Of a stretch of DNA of 64,000 nt, positions 61,927 to 64,000 are shown in pieces. The translations under genes and the position numbers were made by a program. The stretch is from assembly GCA_020353515.1 (NCBI GenBank), contig CP070695.1, positions 3,742,277-3,806,276 of the forward strand, in the 5' to 3' direction. This stretch comes from Candidatus Heimdallarchaeota archaeon (GTDB taxonomy: Archaea > Asgardarchaeota > Heimdallarchaeia > Hodarchaeales > Hodarchaeaceae). Position 1 is the first letter of the stretch, and each line of letters opens with the position of its first letter. A model generated the notes under the pieces. It had not been told where the DNA came from, searched no databases, and worked only from the letters and a program-made list of their open reading frames with translations.

Positions 61927-62289
61927 ATGGAAGAGAGTCCAGCATTAATGGAAGACCTCCTTAGTGGTTTGGATTCCAACATTCATGAACCAGTTCGCTT
62001 GGGAATACTAATGTTCCTACATCTTCACTCTTCCCTTGCGTTCAGTGTACTCCAGAAAGGATTGGGTGTAACATCAGGAAACCTGAACAGCCATTTAACA
62101 AAACTGGAATCGATCGGTTTTGTTACCAGAGAAAAAATGTTCGTAAATCTTCGCCCTAGAACTGTTATTCACATCACTACAGAAGGTAGAAGGTCTTTGA
62201 AGGAATATACTAAATCACTCAAATCAATTTTAGTTGGTATAGAGCAGGGAGTCGGTAAAGAATCTCCATTAGAAGTATATTCTCCCTAG
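61927..62289 (+). CDS. Winged-helix transcriptional regulator (HTH_34/ArsR-MarR-like)
   Basis: IHEPVRLGI...TSGNLNSHLTKLE...RPRT...TTEGR; SD GGTGA. Confidence 0.92.
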   Translation: MEESPALMEDLLSGLDSNIHEPVRLGILMFLHLHSSLAFSVLQKGLGVTSGNLNSHLTKLESIGFVTREKMFVNLRPRTVIHITTEGRRSLKEYTKSLKSILVGIEQGVGKESPLEVYSP

Positions 62290-62295
62290 ATTCTC

Positions 62296-63447
62296 TTAAT
62301 ACTGTCCATATGTCCGAGTTGTTTTCATCATTGCTTTAAAATTATTTATTGGTGTTTCTGCTGGGCACTGGTCACCCGTGGAAAGAATATATCCACCATT
62401 GTATGCAGCATCATTTATGCATGATATAACAGCAGTTTCTACATTTAAGGGGGTACCAAGTAACATTATATCTATCGTATGTATGTTTCCCTTTAATCCA
62501 AGTCTGTTTCCGTATTCTTCCTTTACCGAGGCTAAGTGACAATCTCCCATTGGAGGCATCTCAAGTGGTTCAACTGAGGTAATTATAGTCTCTTTCGCTA
62601 CAATTTCAATTAATGCTAGTTCTTTACCACAGGCATGAAGATGACATGGAATTCCCTCTTGGTGTGCAAGTAGCGCTATCTCCTTCATTGTCCTTAAACT
62701 AAGCTCACGAATGATTTTTGGGGACTGAAAATGAAGCAAGCCCGAAGCACTAATTTGAATAGCATCAATGTTGAAAGATAGTCCTCTAATAACATATTCA
62801 AGGACATATTCATGAAATAAGTTACAGATCTCTCTAACAACGTCAGGTTGTTCATAATACATTTGTATAGCGCTTTCAAAACCTCCCTCAAGATTTTCAT
62901 GAAGCCAATGTAACCCAGGAACAGGAACGCTCAAACATACTACTCCATCATCTCCCATCTTTTCTTTAATACGATTATAATATACTGCAGTAAAATTTTG
63001 AGTGTCAGATGGGTTAAAGAGTTCCTCTACTTTCAAAAGATCCTCGGTCAAGCTTTTGATTGGCTTTTCAATCAAGATAGGAGGTTGGTTCCTATAATAA
63101 CGAGTTTTATATATTAGATCTCCTTGTTTAGCTTTAAAGACTGTTTGAGTGTCAATAAATTTCCCCTCCTTGTTTTTTTCAATGATCCTTTCTGTGAATT
63201 TTTCCTTATACGTTGGAGATGGATCTAATTTTCCTTGGTCTGAAAAACCATCTATTTCAAGCTGATTTACAGCAAACACCTGAGCTAGACCTAATGATGG
63301 ATCATTTCTAAAATAGATATCCCAGAAAGGTTTTCCAGTGAGTCTCGCAGGGATCATATTTGATATATCTGGGCAACAAGGCACATAATCAGGTTCTTCG
63401 TTAAGTAGAGCTGTGATAATATTTTCCCGTGGTGATCTAATAGACAT
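62296..63447 (-). CDS. Uroporphyrinogen decarboxylase-family (MtaA/CmuA-like) protein
   Basis: PDYVP, HLHACG, LKGNI, GGYILSTGDQ. Confidence 0.88.
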   Translation of the reverse strand: MSIRSPRENIITALLNEEPDYVPCCPDISNMIPARLTGKPFWDIYFRNDPSLGLAQVFAVNQLEIDGFSDQGKLDPSPTYKEKFTERIIEKNKEGKFIDTQTVFKAKQGDLIYKTRYYRNQPPILIEKPIKSLTEDLLKVEELFNPSDTQNFTAVYYNRIKEKMGDDGVVCLSVPVPGLHWLHENLEGGFESAIQMYYEQPDVVREICNLFHEYVLEYVIRGLSFNIDAIQISASGLLHFQSPKIIRELSLRTMKEIALLAHQEGIPCHLHACGKELALIEIVAKETIITSVEPLEMPPMGDCHLASVKEEYGNRLGLKGNIHTIDIMLLGTPLNVETAVISCINDAAYNGGYILSTGDQCPAETPINNFKAMMKTTRTYGQY

Positions 63448-63462
63448 CCCAAACCTTTGTTA

Positions 63463-63771
63463 TTACCTTTCATTAGATATTGCAGCTACCTTATCTTCCA
63501 TTTTCCGGGATTTATCTCTACGATCATCAATTCGCAGCTGAGTAACAATCCTTTGAGCTCCAGTTTTTAAGATAGCTTCATGAGCTCTCTTTGTAACATC
63601 AAAAACTATGTCTAAAGAATCAGCTTCAATCACAGTTCCCATCGGATGGTGAATAACTCGAATTCCTTTGTATATATCTATTTCTTTTGCTGCTTCTTTC
63701 ACAAATTTACTCAAACTGGTCCCTTCTCCAACAGGATATGTTGTTATTTCTGCTATGATTTTAATACTCAT
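63463..63771 (-). CDS. MTH1187-family thiamine-binding protein
   Basis: PVGEGTSLSKFV, PMGTVIE, RIDDRRDK. Confidence 0.92.
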   Translation of the reverse strand: MSIKIIAEITTYPVGEGTSLSKFVKEAAKEIDIYKGIRVIHHPMGTVIEADSLDIVFDVTKRAHEAILKTGAQRIVTQLRIDDRRDKSRKMEDKVAAISNER

Positions 63772-63794
63772 TTAATCACCGTTCTTTATTCCTA

Positions 63795-64000
63795 TTATTC
63801 ATCTATTTCCTTCCAAATCCCCGCAGTATTACATGGAACTGGAATATCTTTCATTGTATGTAGCCCAGGATTCGCAGAGAAAATTATAGGAACTAAATTA
63901 GCAACCACCGCAGCTGTGCCTAAATCTCCATGAACTCCTCCTTCTATTTTTTGAGAAATTCGTGGAACACCTTCCACGACTACACTATCATATTCCTCAT
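63795..64000 (-). CDS. C-terminus of a 2,4-diaminopentanoate dehydrogenase/DapB-like oxidoreductase (5' part outside window)
   Basis: EGVPRI...GGVHGDLGTAAVVANLVP...PGLHTMKDIP. Confidence 0.8.
   Translation of the reverse strand, partial: EEYDSVVVEGVPRISQKIEGGVHGDLGTAAVVANLVPIIFSANPGLHTMKDIPVPCNTAGIWKEIDE

Noticed and set aside
1-64000. Short ORF-track entries antisense to or nested in long genes (e.g. 2268..2522, 9927..10298, 22686..23036, 41538..41957, 55965..56270)
   Set aside because: Shadow ORFs overlapping well-supported genes, with no motifs of their own.
1-64000. tRNA/rRNA genes, IS elements, provirus
   Set aside because: No GC-rich structured intergenic segments, and no transposase, integrase, capsid or terminase ORFs seen by eye. 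tRNAscan-SE/Infernal would be needed to exclude small RNAs.

Overview
AT-rich (roughly one-third GC by eye), gene-dense archaeal chromosomal DNA, most consistent with an Asgard archaeon, probably Heimdallarchaeia. This is inferred from GGTGA-type SD sites, a COG1107-type RecJ, a small-GTPase-like gene, candidate longin-fold proteins and beta-helix/Fn3 surface proteins. I found no rRNA, tRNA, CRISPR array, integrase or transposase. Ordinary genes: YbaK, NIF3-like, acyl-CoA ligase, YhhQ, Pit/DUF47, two GNATs, histidine phosphatase, ABC exporter, SDR, URO-D-family protein and MTH1187. Most interesting: (1) an operon of two large unknown proteins plus an atypical MglA/Ras-like GTPase with a ~200-aa insertion, preceded by a 5'-truncated paralog of that GTPase (36.5-41.9 kb); (2) a tandem pair of candidate multi-longin proteins with matching upstream motifs (11.7-13.9 kb); (3) a wHTH + ParA/MinD pair with a nested double palindrome directly upstream (4.0-5.3 kb); (4) a tightly coupled four-gene envelope operon with a 42-aa repeat and a hairpin/amphipathic-helix membrane repeat (48.9-61.0 kb); (5) six DNA methyltransferases with no visible restriction enzyme. 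Two small genes missed by the ORF track were found by hand, one probably CTG-initiated. All fold assignments are by eye and need HMM or structure confirmation.
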